Of a stretch of 64,000 nt of DNA, positions 1 to 12,317 are shown piece by piece. The notes beneath the pieces are model-generated. The model had not been told where the DNA came from, searched no databases, and saw nothing but the letters and a program-made list of their open reading frames with translations. Made by a program: the position numbers and the translations under genes. The stretch is from positions 741,053 through 805,052 of the forward strand of contig NZ_JAAHIH010000001.1 in assembly GCF_010671925.1 (NCBI RefSeq), read 5' to 3'. Source of the stretch: Moorena sp. SIOASIH (GTDB lineage Bacteria > Cyanobacteriota > Cyanobacteriia > Cyanobacteriales > Coleofasciculaceae). The first letter of the stretch is position 1; every line of letters starts with the position of its first letter.

Positions 1-32
1 CCATAGACAATTCCCAATTTTGGATCCCTGAG

Positions 33-302
33 TTGCAATTGGGTATAGGGCTATGGCTTGGGCAATATCGGGGATTGAATCGGTTGTGGCTACGTTGGTA
101 TGATCAAGATGGGAATTGGATTGCCACTAACGCAGAACGAACCGAACTCGAACGCCAACGAGCTGAACAGGAACGGCAACGAGCCGAACAAGAACGGCAA
201 CGAGCTGAACAAGAACGTCAACAGAAGGAACTGGCTCAACAACGAGCTCAACAACTAGCAGAACGGTTACGACAGATGGGTATTAATCCCGATGAAATTT
301 AA
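33..302 (+). CDS. Hypothetical protein with an (ERQRAEQ)n low-complexity repeat. It begins at a TTG, and the reading frame is open back to the window edge, so it may be 5'-truncated by the window.
   Basis: ORF track. The 21-nt tandem repeat gaacggcaacgagc(t/c)gaacaa encodes ERQRAEQ three times. No stop codon lies in frame upstream to position 3. Confidence 0.3.
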   Translation: MQLGIGLWLGQYRGLNRLWLRWYDQDGNWIATNAERTELERQRAEQERQRAEQERQRAEQERQQKELAQQRAQQLAERLRQMGINPDEI

Positions 303-358
303 CCCCTGTCTGAGTTTTTCTGTAAGCTAATGCGCTACAGATGGTGCTAGTTGAGGTG

Positions 359-1418
<1,060 letters not shown>

Positions 1419-2311
1419 TCGATCCTAGGGATGAAGGTTATTTGGTTATTCCCCATTGACATCCAGTCTCAGATAGGTTACTGGGTTATTCACCTTTGGC
1501 ATCCACTTTAGGGTAGGTTATTTGGTTGGTTATCGGTTAATCAGCTGTAGTATCTCAAAGGTTTTAGCTCCAGAGGTCTCGGTTGTGGGGCTTTGGTTGT
1601 AGGGCTAAAGGGGTCAGAAGCCAGTCTCAACCTTTATAGCATTTGTCATAGTTATCAGATCCATTCAATTTTCTTATCCCGTCTTGATGCAGTCGCTAAA
1701 TACAACAAACCTACCCCTGTCAACTGCTCCCTACTCCCTGCTCCCTGCTCCCTGTTCCCATTAACCCAGGGCGTAAGTACCTGACCAAATTGAGAACTAC
1801 TTTATAATCCTTGACCTAATTGTTTACTTTCGTAAAATGTAGCTTAATATAATTAAGGCTTTATAATACTTGTAAAGGTTAGTCAAGAGCAAAAATTAAC
1901 CTAAAGTTGCGGTCTGTAACGTAATTAATGGCATTGGAATGAGTATCACCGATTCTCATATACCGATTACCCCTTACTAAACTCAGTTACAGCAAAGACT
2001 CCAGGTCAATACAGCAACCAGAGCTTTTTTTGTTCTGCTACTTTGTCAGCACCCCGCTCGCCCATAGACGAGGCCATAACACCAATAGTTAATCCCACAC
2101 CTCCGCAAGCGGGTATAGCACTACGCATTAAAGTTAGGACATTGATACAAGCTCAAAAGCTGTTGTAGTCAACTTTTGCCTCTTGCCCGCCCCCCTTACT
2201 AAGGGGGGTTAGGGGGGATTCCTCTTGCCTTGAGCGTAGCGCTATAAGACCTAGGGCTAATCTTGCCCGAATAGCTAAAAAACTCGGTTAAAAACTTCTA
2301 GGTATACGATT

Positions 2312-2722
2312 ATGAGCGATAGCACTGTGAGCGATAGCACTGCAATCAATGAAAACACTACCGCAGTTCAGCTAGCAGAAGCTCCAGAACAGGAAACCTC
2401 TGCCCTGGATACAATTACCCCTTTACCTGGAAACCGTCCCATTGCTCCTAGTGACCTTAATATTAGTGAAACACAAAGCATAATGGGACATCGACCAATT
2501 GATGCCAGTAATCTCCAGGTATTAGAAACGATGTCTGTAATGGGAGAGCGCCCCATTACCTCTAGCAACATTGAGGTACTCGGTATCATGAAGGTGTCTG
2601 GGGAGCGGCCAATTGCTGCTAGTAATCTTCATCTTGATGAAATAGAGTACATCATGGGCAAGCGTCCCATCGCCCCAAATGATATTGATGCTGATCCACA
2701 GCTGATGGGTTATTTAGATTAA
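2312..2722 (+). CDS. Hypothetical repeat protein with four ~20-aa repeats carrying the motif (I/V)MGxRPI(A/T/D)xSN(L/I).
   Basis: The internal repeats are visible in the translation: IMGHRPIDASNL, VMGERPITSSNI, VSGERPIAASNL, IMGKRPIAPNDI. Confidence 0.5.
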   Translation: MSDSTVSDSTAINENTTAVQLAEAPEQETSALDTITPLPGNRPIAPSDLNISETQSIMGHRPIDASNLQVLETMSVMGERPITSSNIEVLGIMKVSGERPIAASNLHLDEIEYIMGKRPIAPNDIDADPQLMGYLD

Positions 2723-3444
2723 CAAAACTCGCGGAATTCCCCACCGTCTTTCACGGTGTTGAAGTTACCGTAAGGAGAGGGTCGCCTTTATGGTTAGGAG
2801 GCTTGGCTGAAAAGGGTTAAAACTTTTTGATTAAGGCTCCACTCTCTATCGGTTTCGTCTCTTGGATGGATAGCGAGACCATGGAGGCGCGCTTTCCGTT
2901 TGAAGAATTAAATTACGGGGTCGCGCCTCAACTTATGACGATTCGTGCTAAAATAGTATTGGTCGATGACCCGCCTGACTGACTAAAAGGCTACCTTAAA
3001 GGTGTAAAAGTACTAGCAGAGTTCAGGGAAGAGACTTGCCCCAGCTGGTCAGCTATCGCTGTAATTCCAAGGTAAGTCTGTCGTAAAGTTATACGTCGAT
3101 AGAAGGCGGATGTCTGCCTGTGGACGCTGAGTAAGACCAATTCCAGCAGGGGGGCTTTCCAATGGCCGGGTTCCCCGGCCATTGGAAAGCTCATCTGGTT
3201 GAGGCGTCGGCGGACGCGCGCGGGAAGCCCAAAAGACGAATAAGACCGTCCCTGAATTGACCTGAGAGTCGGAAGCCCCAACCTCGGCAAAGCAGGTTGG
3301 GGTACTTCACATTCAATAATCCGTCGCTGTAGCGATCGCTCTGAGCAATTGTTTGTTCCAAAATTCCCCTTTTTCAAAACAGGGGAATTTTGCGCGTTTC
3401 TTAATAATGGAATGATTTGAATAGTTTTGTGGAACGCAATTTTT

Positions 3445-3762
3445 GAATTAAGAATTAAGAATTAAGAATTAAGAATTAAGAATTAAGAATTAAGAATTAA
3501 GAATTAAGAATTAAGAATTAAGAATTAAGAATTAAGAATTAAGAATTAAGAATTAAGAATTAAGAATTAAGAATTAAGAATTAAGAATTAAGAATTAAGA
3601 ATTAAGAATTAAGAATTAAGAATTAAGAATTAAGAATTAAGAATTAAGAATTAAGAATTAAGAATTAAGAATTAAGAATTATGCATTCTGTATTCTGTAT
3701 TCTGCATTCTACATTCTGCATTCTACATTCTGCATTCTTAATTCTAAATTCTACATTCTGAC
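3445..3762. repeat. Long (GAATTAA)n heptamer array of about 34 units, followed by (CATTCTG/CATTCTA)n, ending at the GGCCAAAAGGCCACGCTACGCGAAC core (3781-3805).
   Basis: Read directly from the sequence. Confidence 0.95.
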
Positions 3763-3794
3763 AGACAACCTTAAACCTTGGCCAAAAGGCCACG

Positions 3795-5129
3795 CTACGC
3801 GAACAACATGTGAAGGTGTTCTAAAAAATACTGACGATATAAATTACAACAGAGTGTGACTTGATTTCTGTGAACACTCACCAAACCCATACTCTGTAAC
3901 TTATAGATACTGATTGGATCTAATTCAACTCCCCTATCTGCTGTAACCACGTGTTTAAGAGTAGTAGCTAAATCAGGATTTTCCCTGAGTACACTTAAGT
4001 GTTGCCGCAAATAGTCACTATAAATTCCCGTAGCAGTAGCTGCTTCAGCCAGTAATTGTTCTAGGCTAATATTCTGATAAGCCAAGTGATAGAGAGCAAG
4101 CTGGACTAATCCCGGATGTCCCCCCACCATATCCATCAGTTTCTCAGCAGCTTCACTATTTGACCAATGTAATCTATAAAGCTGCGCTAACTGCTGGATT
4201 TGCTGTTTGTTAAACTCGGGTAACTTAATCGGTAATCCCACATTAAACGGAGATTGGGAAGTTTCCAGAGCAACATAAATTTCTGTCGAGTAAACCACAA
4301 CAACCCGCAGCTTTCGCCACACCGGTAGTTGTTTAGATTCCTCATGCCAAGAGCGCAATAAGGGTAAAAAATCTTTAGCAGTTTGGGTATGCTCAAACAG
4401 GTGATGAACTTCATCCATTGCCAAAACTAGGGGATGGTCTATTTTTTCTAGGATATGTTCTTGTAAGTAACTCATACAGCTGACCTTACTGCCTAGGTCT
4501 TTATCCCAATAGTCATCCAGTTGGTGGGGAAGCTGGAGTTGGTAACTGACGTTAACACATAACCAGCGCAATAGCCGGTCTAAATTGCTTAAAATGGCGG
4601 TTTCGGCTTGGTCAAAATTGAGGTATACTCTGCGATATTGTTTTTCTCTTGCCTGGTCTAATATTCGCAGCAGCAAAGAGGTTTTTCCTGTCTCTTTTGG
4701 TCCTGTAATCCGGAGCAAACTCCCAGGTTGCTGGATGGCTTGATAGCAAAGCTCTTCAATAGGAGGACGCTTTATATAAAGCTGAGATGGTAGGGGAAGT
4801 GCTCCACTGGGAAATTCAGCAATTTGACGTAGGCATTGACGGCGGTAATATTGCTCAATTATCTCTTGATAGTAGGGAGTAATCGGGGTTGTCTCCAGAG
4901 TGTTCCGGAAGTTGGTCTTGGTGATCGCTTTGCCAAAAATGTCTCCCAGTAATCGCCACAACTTATAGGCAGTCTTTCTGAGGTATTCAGGGCCATAGTG
5001 TGCTTCGATCGCCATATCGCTATAGGTTTTTCCTTCCCAGGCTTGGTGCAGTATCCATTCCTGAAGTGGAGTCAACTTGATTTTCTCAACACTTTTGAGG
5101 ATGTCAAGTACCTGATCAATAGTCATCAC
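3795..5129 (-). CDS. AAA-like-domain ATPase with an N-terminal HTH-like region. Walker A is GPKETGKTSLL.
   Basis: P-loop motif present. Overall layout resembles the cyanobacterial 'AAA-like domain' family (recalled as PF14516). The C-terminal KLQSMGLVSV...LYRQYF motif is shared with the ORF at 44210. Confidence 0.6.
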   Translation of the reverse strand: MMTIDQVLDILKSVEKIKLTPLQEWILHQAWEGKTYSDMAIEAHYGPEYLRKTAYKLWRLLGDIFGKAITKTNFRNTLETTPITPYYQEIIEQYYRRQCLRQIAEFPSGALPLPSQLYIKRPPIEELCYQAIQQPGSLLRITGPKETGKTSLLLRILDQAREKQYRRVYLNFDQAETAILSNLDRLLRWLCVNVSYQLQLPHQLDDYWDKDLGSKVSCMSYLQEHILEKIDHPLVLAMDEVHHLFEHTQTAKDFLPLLRSWHEESKQLPVWRKLRVVVVYSTEIYVALETSQSPFNVGLPIKLPEFNKQQIQQLAQLYRLHWSNSEAAEKLMDMVGGHPGLVQLALYHLAYQNISLEQLLAEAATATGIYSDYLRQHLSVLRENPDLATTLKHVVTADRGVELDPISIYKLQSMGLVSVHRNQVTLCCNLYRQYFLEHLHMLFA

Positions 5130-5744
5130 TAACAGTTCCCCAATATCTCAAACGACACTTTAGCGGTTTCTAACAAGGCAGACAATTAATTTAGGTTGAT
5201 TGAGTGATTAAACTGGCTACACTTGCTAATTGACAAATACATACTATTATGTATAGTGCTGACATGCCTATCAAATGGGTGTCTTGGGATAGTTGACAAA
5301 TAACTTATTTAATGGTAATCATTGGTATTTAGGTAGATTTTCTAGGGAATTGGCGGTTAATTGAGTGGGTTAATTGGATAAATTTCCAGCAGATTGGGTC
5401 AATAGTGTAGCCAAATCGTAAAAGCAATTGGCTACATTTTTGTGTTGACGGTAGAGGGTACTATCGCCACAATGCTATATGTTGGTCCAAAAAATAGAGC
5501 TTGTCTGCTAAATACATAGGTCGAGATAAGTCGCTTGGTAGAAATATTGGTGGTTTACTGTTGATGGCTCACTGTTAGCACTCAACGGTAAACGGTCAAG
5601 GACTAATAGTTTAACGACTAATAGTTGATCTTTATTTACTACCATCAATTAATAAGCAGGCAAGTTTTTGGTGTGACTCTAAAAACTATGGAATGGCCAG
5701 GCATTAATTTAAATAATTAAATATAATTTTGCAGATAATTTTGT

Positions 5745-7613
5745 ATGAAAAACCCCTTAATAATTATTTGTATTGATAATGAACCATCAGTTCTCAATAG
5801 CCTGAAAATATCTCTACGTAAGACTCTCGGCCAAGAATATATGATTGAAAATTTGGAAGGGAGTAAAGCGGTTGTAAACTTAGTGGAAGAGTTGCGCAAT
5901 GATGAGTCTGAAGTTGCTTTAGTTTTGGGTGGTGCTGTTATCCCTGATTTAAAAGGGGATGACTTATTAAACATAGCTTATTTTTTCTCTAACCAAACTC
6001 TCAAAATTATGCTGACGGGTGATCTGGATTTGAAAGCTACAGCCAAGGCTATTCGGTATGCAAAGTTATATCGTTACCTAGGGAAGCCTTGTCCATCTGA
6101 AGACCTGAAATTGACAGTCATAGAAGCCATACATAGTTATCTTCTTGAGGAAACACTGAAGGAACAAAATCGCCAACTTCAGGAACTAAATCAGCACTTG
6201 GAAAAAATAATCTGTGATCAAGCAGCACAGATTTCAGAATATACTACAGCACCAGAACAAGCTAATCAAGAGTGGCAGCACCTGAGTGCTATAAACCGTC
6301 AACAAACTGTCCTAGTTGACGAACTGCTAGAGAACCAGTATCAATTGACCCAGTTTCTAGAAAGGATGCCCGTGGGTGTGGCTGTTTTTAATGATAAGGG
6401 GATACTAGAATTCCTCAATTATAAGGCGCGGCAGTTATTAGGCAAGGGAGTCGTGCCATTAACTACAGCTGACCAAATGCCAGAGGTTTATCAACTTTAT
6501 GTTGCCGGAACCAATCAGCTATACTTTGCTGAAAAATTAGTTGCTGTAAAGGCATTAAAAGGTGAAAACGCCACCCTGGATGATCTTGAAATCCACCAAG
6601 GAGACAAAATTATCCCTATAGAAAGTTGGGGAACACCTATCTTTAATGAATTGGGCAACATTGCCTATGCTATCGTAGCCTTTCACGATATCACCCAACG
6701 CAAAAAAGCAGAAGCAGAACACCTACGCTTGATCCAGGAATTCTCGCAAGTCAATCAAGCTTATGAAAGCTTTGTCCCCCATCAGTTTCTCCAGTTATTG
6801 AACAAACCAAGCATTGTCGATGTCCAATTAGGGGATCATGTTCAGCAAGAGATGTCGGTGCTATTTTCCGATATTCGCTCCTTTAGCACCCTATCGGAAA
6901 GTATGACACCCGAGGAAAATTTTGAATTTATCAATACCTATCTTTCTCGTATGGAATCTGCCATCACTGGAAATCATGGCTTTATTGATAAATACATGGG
7001 GGATGGTATTATGGCTCTGTTTAACGAAAGTGCTAATCATGCGGTCAACGCCGGAATTGCTATGCTCAAATCCCTAGCTGACTATAATCAATCTCGGCGA
7101 AGCTCAGGACACCCAGCCATCACCGTTGGGATTGGCATCAATACTGGTTCGTTGATGCTAGGAGCAGTGGGAGGAAAAAATCGGATGGATAGCACTGTCA
7201 TCAGCGATGGGGTCAATTTAGCGTCTCGTTTAGAAGAATTAACCAAACGTTATGGGGTGCCGTTATTAATCACTCACCATACTTATTGGAAGTTAGATAA
7301 TCCCTTAGCGTATGCCATTCGCTTGATTGATCGGGTACCAGTCAAGGGCAAATCCGAAATGGTGACAGTTTATGAAATCTTTGATGCCGATGAACCGCAA
7401 CTGCGAGAGGGTAAGTTAATTACTCGCAGCAAATTTGAACAAGCCTTGGTACTTTATAATCTCCGTTATTTCTCCAAGGCATCAGTTCTGTTTCAGGAAT
7501 GTCTACGCTTGAATCCAGGAGATAGTGTAGCACAAATTTATCTTGGACAATGTCAACTTCATACTCGCCTCTCTGGAGTGACTAAAATCAAGCAACACTT
7601 AAAATATAGTTGA
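5745..7613 (+). CDS. Receiver(REC)-PAS-class III adenylate/guanylate cyclase with a C-terminal TPR-like tail.
   Basis: N-terminal CheY-like fold. Cyclase homology-domain motifs FSDIRSFSTLSE, MGDGIMALF and VNLASRLE are present. A PAS-like segment lies between the two. Confidence 0.8.
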   Translation: MKNPLIIICIDNEPSVLNSLKISLRKTLGQEYMIENLEGSKAVVNLVEELRNDESEVALVLGGAVIPDLKGDDLLNIAYFFSNQTLKIMLTGDLDLKATAKAIRYAKLYRYLGKPCPSEDLKLTVIEAIHSYLLEETLKEQNRQLQELNQHLEKIICDQAAQISEYTTAPEQANQEWQHLSAINRQQTVLVDELLENQYQLTQFLERMPVGVAVFNDKGILEFLNYKARQLLGKGVVPLTTADQMPEVYQLYVAGTNQLYFAEKLVAVKALKGENATLDDLEIHQGDKIIPIESWGTPIFNELGNIAYAIVAFHDITQRKKAEAEHLRLIQEFSQVNQAYESFVPHQFLQLLNKPSIVDVQLGDHVQQEMSVLFSDIRSFSTLSESMTPEENFEFINTYLSRMESAITGNHGFIDKYMGDGIMALFNESANHAVNAGIAMLKSLADYNQSRRSSGHPAITVGIGINTGSLMLGAVGGKNRMDSTVISDGVNLASRLEELTKRYGVPLLITHHTYWKLDNPLAYAIRLIDRVPVKGKSEMVTVYEIFDADEPQLREGKLITRSKFEQALVLYNLRYFSKASVLFQECLRLNPGDSVAQIYLGQCQLHTRLSGVTKIKQHLKYS

Positions 7614-7879
7614 CAAAATTTTGATTTTGATTTATCTTTGATAGCTAACAATACACTGTCGTTTTTGAGTCTGGGCTTGAATTAGACTAAACCCAAGATC
7701 AGGTAAGGCTTTTAGGTAAGCGCGATTGACCTGCATGTCACGCTAAAAGCGATTGGCCGTAGGCCACGCTAAAAGCGAACGCACTTTTTCTAAGAAATGC
7801 GGCTAATACCGCAATCAATTCCATCAGAAGCCCACGCTCAAAACGTAGTGCTAGCCTGGGAGCGTCACCTAACTTGGTA

Positions 7880-8992
7880 TCAATTTAACGATTGACCGTT
7901 GGATGTAGAAGATGCCAATTTTTCCAATTGCTCCTGCTGGTCTTGGCTAATGCAAGATTGAATCAATCCCTCCAAGTCCCCCTCCAGCAAAGGAGCGAGG
8001 GAATAATTTTGACCCAGTCGGTGATCGGTAACCCGATTATCTTTGTAGTTGTAGGTGCGAATTTTCTCAGAACGAGCCCCTGTACCAACTTGGGAACGCC
8101 TCATCGAGGTCACCGCTTCCTGTTGTTCCTGTAACTTGATCTCGTACAGCTTAGCCCGGAGAATTTGCATGGCTCGCTCTCGGTTTTGCAGCTGAGATCG
8201 TTCTTCTGTGCAGAAAATGCGAATTCCTGTAGGCTTGTGGTACAAATCAACTGCCGTTTCCACTTTGTTTACGTTCTGACCACCAGCACCACCAGAACGG
8301 GCTGTAGAAATTTCGATCTCCTTGGGGTCAATATCCACATCCACCTCATCAACTTCCGGCATCACGGCTACCGTTGCTGTTGAGGTGTGAACTCTACCGC
8401 CAGCTTCAGTAACAGGTACTCGTTGCACTCGATGAACCCCAGCTTCAAACTTCAGCTTGCTATAAACTTGGTCTCCCTGAATTTCTAATATCGCCTCTTT
8501 GAACCCTCCCATATCCGCCAGAGACTCACTCAATAACTTTACTCGCCAGTTTTGACTTTCGGAATAGCGTGAATACATCCGTACCAAGTCCCCTGCCCAG
8601 ATACTTGCTTCATCGCCACCAGTTCCTGCCCGAATCTCCAGCATGATATTCTTTTCATCATTCGGGTCTTTGGGCAAAAGTAATATTTTAAGTTCTCTTT
8701 CTAGATGCTCTAGCTTGGTCTGGAGTTCCTCAACTTCCAGAGCTGCCATTTCTTGCAATTCTGGCTCACCAGCCGATTCTTTAAGGATTTGCCTTGCTCC
8801 TGCCAAATCCTCTTGGGTTTTCTTCCAGTTGTCGTAGGTACCAACAACTTCTTCTAGGGAGGAACGAGCTTTTGCCACTCGTTGCAACTCATTGGGGTCA
8901 GTGGCGATATCTGGATCAGCCAGACGCCTTGTTAATTCATGGTAGGTTTGCTCAACAGAGTTTAGTTTTTCCAGCAGGTAGGTTTCAGCCAT
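7880..8992 (-). CDS. prfA: Peptide chain release factor 1.
   Basis: GGQ motif ([15 protein letters not shown]) and the RF1-type PVT tripeptide ([17 protein letters not shown]). Confidence 0.93.
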   Translation of the reverse strand: MAETYLLEKLNSVEQTYHELTRRLADPDIATDPNELQRVAKARSSLEEVVGTYDNWKKTQEDLAGARQILKESAGEPELQEMAALEVEELQTKLEHLERELKILLLPKDPNDEKNIMLEIRAGTGGDEASIWAGDLVRMYSRYSESQNWRVKLLSESLADMGGFKEAILEIQGDQVYSKLKFEAGVHRVQRVPVTEAGGRVHTSTATVAVMPEVDEVDVDIDPKEIEISTARSGGAGGQNVNKVETAVDLYHKPTGIRIFCTEERSQLQNRERAMQILRAKLYEIKLQEQQEAVTSMRRSQVGTGARSEKIRTYNYKDNRVTDHRLGQNYSLAPLLEGDLEGLIQSCISQDQQEQLEKLASSTSNGQSLN

Positions 8993-9212
8993 GGTTTATG
9001 CGATCGCTCTCTTGAAATAGCTTCAGACGTTAGGAAGGATGAAGTATAAAGTTATGAATTATGAAGTGGGAAGTATTCAGTGGGAGGTTTAACTCCTAAC
9101 TGTTTATCAAGTTTTTAGTCAACCTTAAGTTAGCCATCGCTAAACCCATTTCATCCTTCATTCCTCCTGGTTTATCTTTTATCCTTCATCCTTCACCCTT
9201 GAACGTTAGTAG

Positions 9213-9461
9213 CTATTTCTTTGTCCCATCAGAGCTAGCTGTAGTTTCTCCACCATCGAGCATCCCATATTTCCGCATAAAGCGTTCAACTCGCCCTTCC
9301 GTATCAATAATTTTCTGGGTTCCTGTGTAGAATGGATGATTACCAGACCAAACATCTACGTGAATTTCTGGCTGAGTTGAGCCAACGGTCATCACAACTT
9401 CCCCGTTGCAATAGACTTTGGCTTCTGGGTACCATTCTGGGTGAATACCTGGTTTTGGCAT
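9213..9461 (-). CDS. rpmE: 50S ribosomal protein L31.
   Basis: Translation begins MPKPGIHPEWYPEAKVYCNGE. Confidence 0.92.
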   Translation of the reverse strand: MPKPGIHPEWYPEAKVYCNGEVVMTVGSTQPEIHVDVWSGNHPFYTGTQKIIDTEGRVERFMRKYGMLDGGETTASSDGTKK

Positions 9462-9535
9462 AGTTCCTCCTTTGCTTCCGATTTTACTATATATTTAGCT
9501 AATTTTCCATTGCTAATTGTTAAATTCTGGTAAGC

Positions 9536-9660
9536 ATATGCGCTACCTCAAGCGCGTCGTTCGCACAGCGTGGCCATTCGCGTAGCGTGGCCAAAGGCCA
9601 AGGCCAAAGCCTGTGCCACGCACGCTACTTGAGTTGCTATCAGCACCTCAGCAGTCAGCT
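9536..9660. repeat. Copy of the dispersed GTTCGCGTAGCGTGGCCAAAGGCC-core composite repeat.
   Basis: The sequence gcgtggccattcgcgtagcgtggccaaaggccaaggccaaagcc is followed by ctatcagc/cagtcagc units. Confidence 0.8.
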
Positions 9661-9896
9661 TTTCAATCCAGTCAAACTTAGGCATTTGGCGAACTATGGC
9701 CAATACATGAGCTATTGTGGACAAACCTCAATCAGCTAATTTATTAGCTTATTTATTGTTGCTTTTAGCTAAAAGTTTATTAGGAATGACTGATAGCTGA
9801 TCGCCAAGGGCTTCATGCTTACAAATTGTTAATTACCATTTTGAATTTTAAACTAGCCATTAGCCATTACCCTTTACTGATAAGAAGCTCGATAAT

Positions 9897-10310
9897 TTAT
9901 CGCTTCGAGTATTGGGGGGCTTTCCGAGCTTTTTTCAAGCCATATTTCTTGCGCTCTTTTGACCGTGGGTCACGAGTCAAGTAGCCTTCTATTTTAAGAG
10001 GTTGGCGGTTTTCTGGGTCTAGTTCACACAAGGCTCTAGCCACCCCTAGACGCACAGCATCAGATTGTCCTGTTAAACCACCACCGTGGGCATTGACTAG
10101 GATATCGTACTCATTTTCCAAACCTAAGGTTTCCAAAGGTGCTTTCAGGCTGGCTAGGTACATGGGGTTAAAGTTAAAGTAAGCGTCCCCTGGACGTTTA
10201 TTAACAATCAACTGACCGCTACCGGGAACCAAACGCACTCTAGCAACTGATGACTTACGACGACCAGTCCCCCAGTAAACAGCGCGACCTGCTTGTTCTT
10301 CTGCTTGCAT
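9897..10310 (-). CDS. rpsI: 30S ribosomal protein S9.
   Basis: Translation contains [14 protein letters not shown] and a C-terminal KR. Confidence 0.93.
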   Translation of the reverse strand: MQAEEQAGRAVYWGTGRRKSSVARVRLVPGSGQLIVNKRPGDAYFNFNPMYLASLKAPLETLGLENEYDILVNAHGGGLTGQSDAVRLGVARALCELDPENRQPLKIEGYLTRDPRSKERKKYGLKKARKAPQYSKR

Positions 10311-10315
10311 TGATT

Positions 10316-10777
10316 TTAGCCTCCTGGAATTGTTTTAATAGTTAGTTCTTGGGGTTGTTGTGCTTGATGGGGATGGCTATTTCCAGTGTAAACTTTCAGC
10401 TTCTTGAAAAGTTGGCGACCCAGAGAGTTTTTAGGTAGCATACCCTTGACAGCTTTCTCGATAATTCTTTCCGGTATACGTGCTTGCAATTGGGCAAAGG
10501 TTTCTGTCTTCATACCCCCAGGACGACCGGAATGGCGGCGGTATAGTTTTTGGTCCCGTTTTCTGCCAGTTACCATAACTTTTTCGGCATTGACAACAAT
10601 CACGAAGTCACCAGTATCCATGTGGGGAGTGTAAGTAGGTTTGTTTTTCCCCCGCAGAATGATGGCTATTTCACTGGCTAGTCGTCCTAGACGCTGGTTG
10701 GTGGCGTCTACAACGTACCACTTTTTTTCGATTGAGTCTTTAGTTGGGATGTGGGTTTTTTCCATCGGTTCAATCAA
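10316..10777 (-). CDS. rplM: 50S ribosomal protein L13.
   Basis: Translation contains [17 protein letters not shown]. Confidence 0.93.
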   Translation of the reverse strand: MIEPMEKTHIPTKDSIEKKWYVVDATNQRLGRLASEIAIILRGKNKPTYTPHMDTGDFVIVVNAEKVMVTGRKRDQKLYRRHSGRPGGMKTETFAQLQARIPERIIEKAVKGMLPKNSLGRQLFKKLKVYTGNSHPHQAQQPQELTIKTIPGG

Positions 10778-10968
10778 TATCAGGTTTACGGTTGGTTTTA
10801 AAGATTGTTCGCGTAGGGTGGCCTATTGGCCAAGCTTCACAGGTTGTTCTTGCCCAGAGAGCCCTTGTCGGTTAGGTTGACAGCCTAAAACGTTTACTAT
10901 TGACAGATTAAAGGTTTAATGTTATATACCTGTAAAACTAACCTTAAACATAGTTACCCCTGTAACCT

Positions 10969-11805
10969 TCAACCGGTCAATTGAGGTAGTATAAATTTGG
11001 GTTGGGTATCATACCATATTTCTGGGGGGAAGGGGCATTCTGGGTAGCCAACCCGTAGCAAGCACAAGCCTTTGGGTGGGGAAGCGTATTTCACCTTGTC
11101 CCGCTGTTGGTTAACCCAGATGTCAGTAAACTGTTCTGGGGTTAGCTTCCCTATTCCCACTTGTACTAGCATTCCTACCAACAGACGCACCATACCATAT
11201 AGAAATCCGTTAGCTTGGATTTCTATATGAATAAATGGTCCGTTGCGGTAACATTCGGCTGCTTGCACATTTACCCAGGAATGCGATCGCCCCGAGTTGC
11301 TTCGGTGAAAGGCTGCCAAGTGATGCTTACCCAGAAGTGGTTTTAAGGCTGCCTGGATCAGGGATTCATCAAGGGGAGCTTGATAATAGTGCCAACAAAA
11401 GGGTTGCACAAACAAGTTAGGGCAGGCGTCGGTATAGATTGTGTATCGATAACGACGCCAGATGGCACTAAACCGAGCATGCCAGTCTGGTGATACTAAT
11501 GCTGATGCTCGGACTAAGATATCCTCTGGCAGTCTACTATTGAGTAAGGCGGCCCAGCGATGGGCTGGTATGGGACCTGTGGCATTAAAATGAGCGACTT
11601 GGGCAGCAGCGTGAACCCCTGTATCAGTACGACCAGCACCATATAGGGTTATGGCTCGCTGTTGCACGGTGGAGAGAACTGTTTCGATTTCCGACTGAAC
11701 ACTGCGATGCTGGGGTTGTCGCTGCCAGCCATAAAAGTTATTACCCAGGTATTGAATAACCAGGGCAATTCGCTGGATAGCTTTAGCATCCTTGGCAGAC
11801 ATCAT
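10969..11805 (-). CDS. truA: tRNA pseudouridine(38-40) synthase TruA.
   Basis: GAGRTDTGVHAAAQVAHF catalytic-Asp motif. Position between rplQ and rplM matches the cyanobacterial operon. Confidence 0.88.
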   Translation of the reverse strand: MMSAKDAKAIQRIALVIQYLGNNFYGWQRQPQHRSVQSEIETVLSTVQQRAITLYGAGRTDTGVHAAAQVAHFNATGPIPAHRWAALLNSRLPEDILVRASALVSPDWHARFSAIWRRYRYTIYTDACPNLFVQPFCWHYYQAPLDESLIQAALKPLLGKHHLAAFHRSNSGRSHSWVNVQAAECYRNGPFIHIEIQANGFLYGMVRLLVGMLVQVGIGKLTPEQFTDIWVNQQRDKVKYASPPKGLCLLRVGYPECPFPPEIWYDTQPKFILPQLTG

Positions 11806-11863
11806 GGATTAACGATTAACAATTGACATTTTTAATGGTTAATTGCTTTAATAGTTAATTTCC

Positions 11864-12214
11864 TCAGACTAGTTCAATAATAGATATTTCAGCATTATCA
11901 CCACGACGCCGCACCGTGCGCAGAATTCGGGTATATCCGCCGTTGCGATCGCCATATCGCGCTTTCACCTCAGCAAATAGGGAGTGAACTAACTTTTTGT
12001 CGTAGAGATAGGCAATTGCCCTACGTCGGGATGCCAAGGAGCCATCCTTGGCCAGGGTAATCATTCGCTCCACCTCCGAACGAATGGCTTTTGCCCGAGC
12101 TTTAGTGGTAGTGATTCGACCATGACGCAGTAATTCAGTGGTCAGGGATCTCATCAGAGCCCGACGTTGATCTGCTGGCTTGCCCAGTTTTGGCACACGA
12201 CGCCCGTGACGCAT
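11864..12214 (-). CDS. rplQ: 50S ribosomal protein L17.
   Basis: Translation begins [24 protein letters not shown]. Confidence 0.93.
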   Translation of the reverse strand: MRHGRRVPKLGKPADQRRALMRSLTTELLRHGRITTTKARAKAIRSEVERMITLAKDGSLASRRRAIAYLYDKKLVHSLFAEVKARYGDRNGGYTRILRTVRRRGDNAEISIIELV

Positions 12215-12317
12215 TTTTTAGCTTCCTCCTTTTTTTTGAACAAAATTTGCCTTTATTCCTAGGGTTTAGACTAGCTACTTGCGTGCTTCTCCAGTCCCTT
12301 AAGTTTAATTGTTGTGG

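Noticed and set aside
1593-1784. 63-aa ORF in the 900-nt spacer upstream of the repeat-protein gene.
   Set aside because: It runs through the (CTCCCTG)n heptamer array and is a likely artefact.
2991-3377. 128-aa minus-strand ORF in the GC-rich region.
   Set aside because: The translation is Arg/Ser/Leu-rich and of low complexity. The ORF coincides with several perfect hairpins. It is more likely non-coding.
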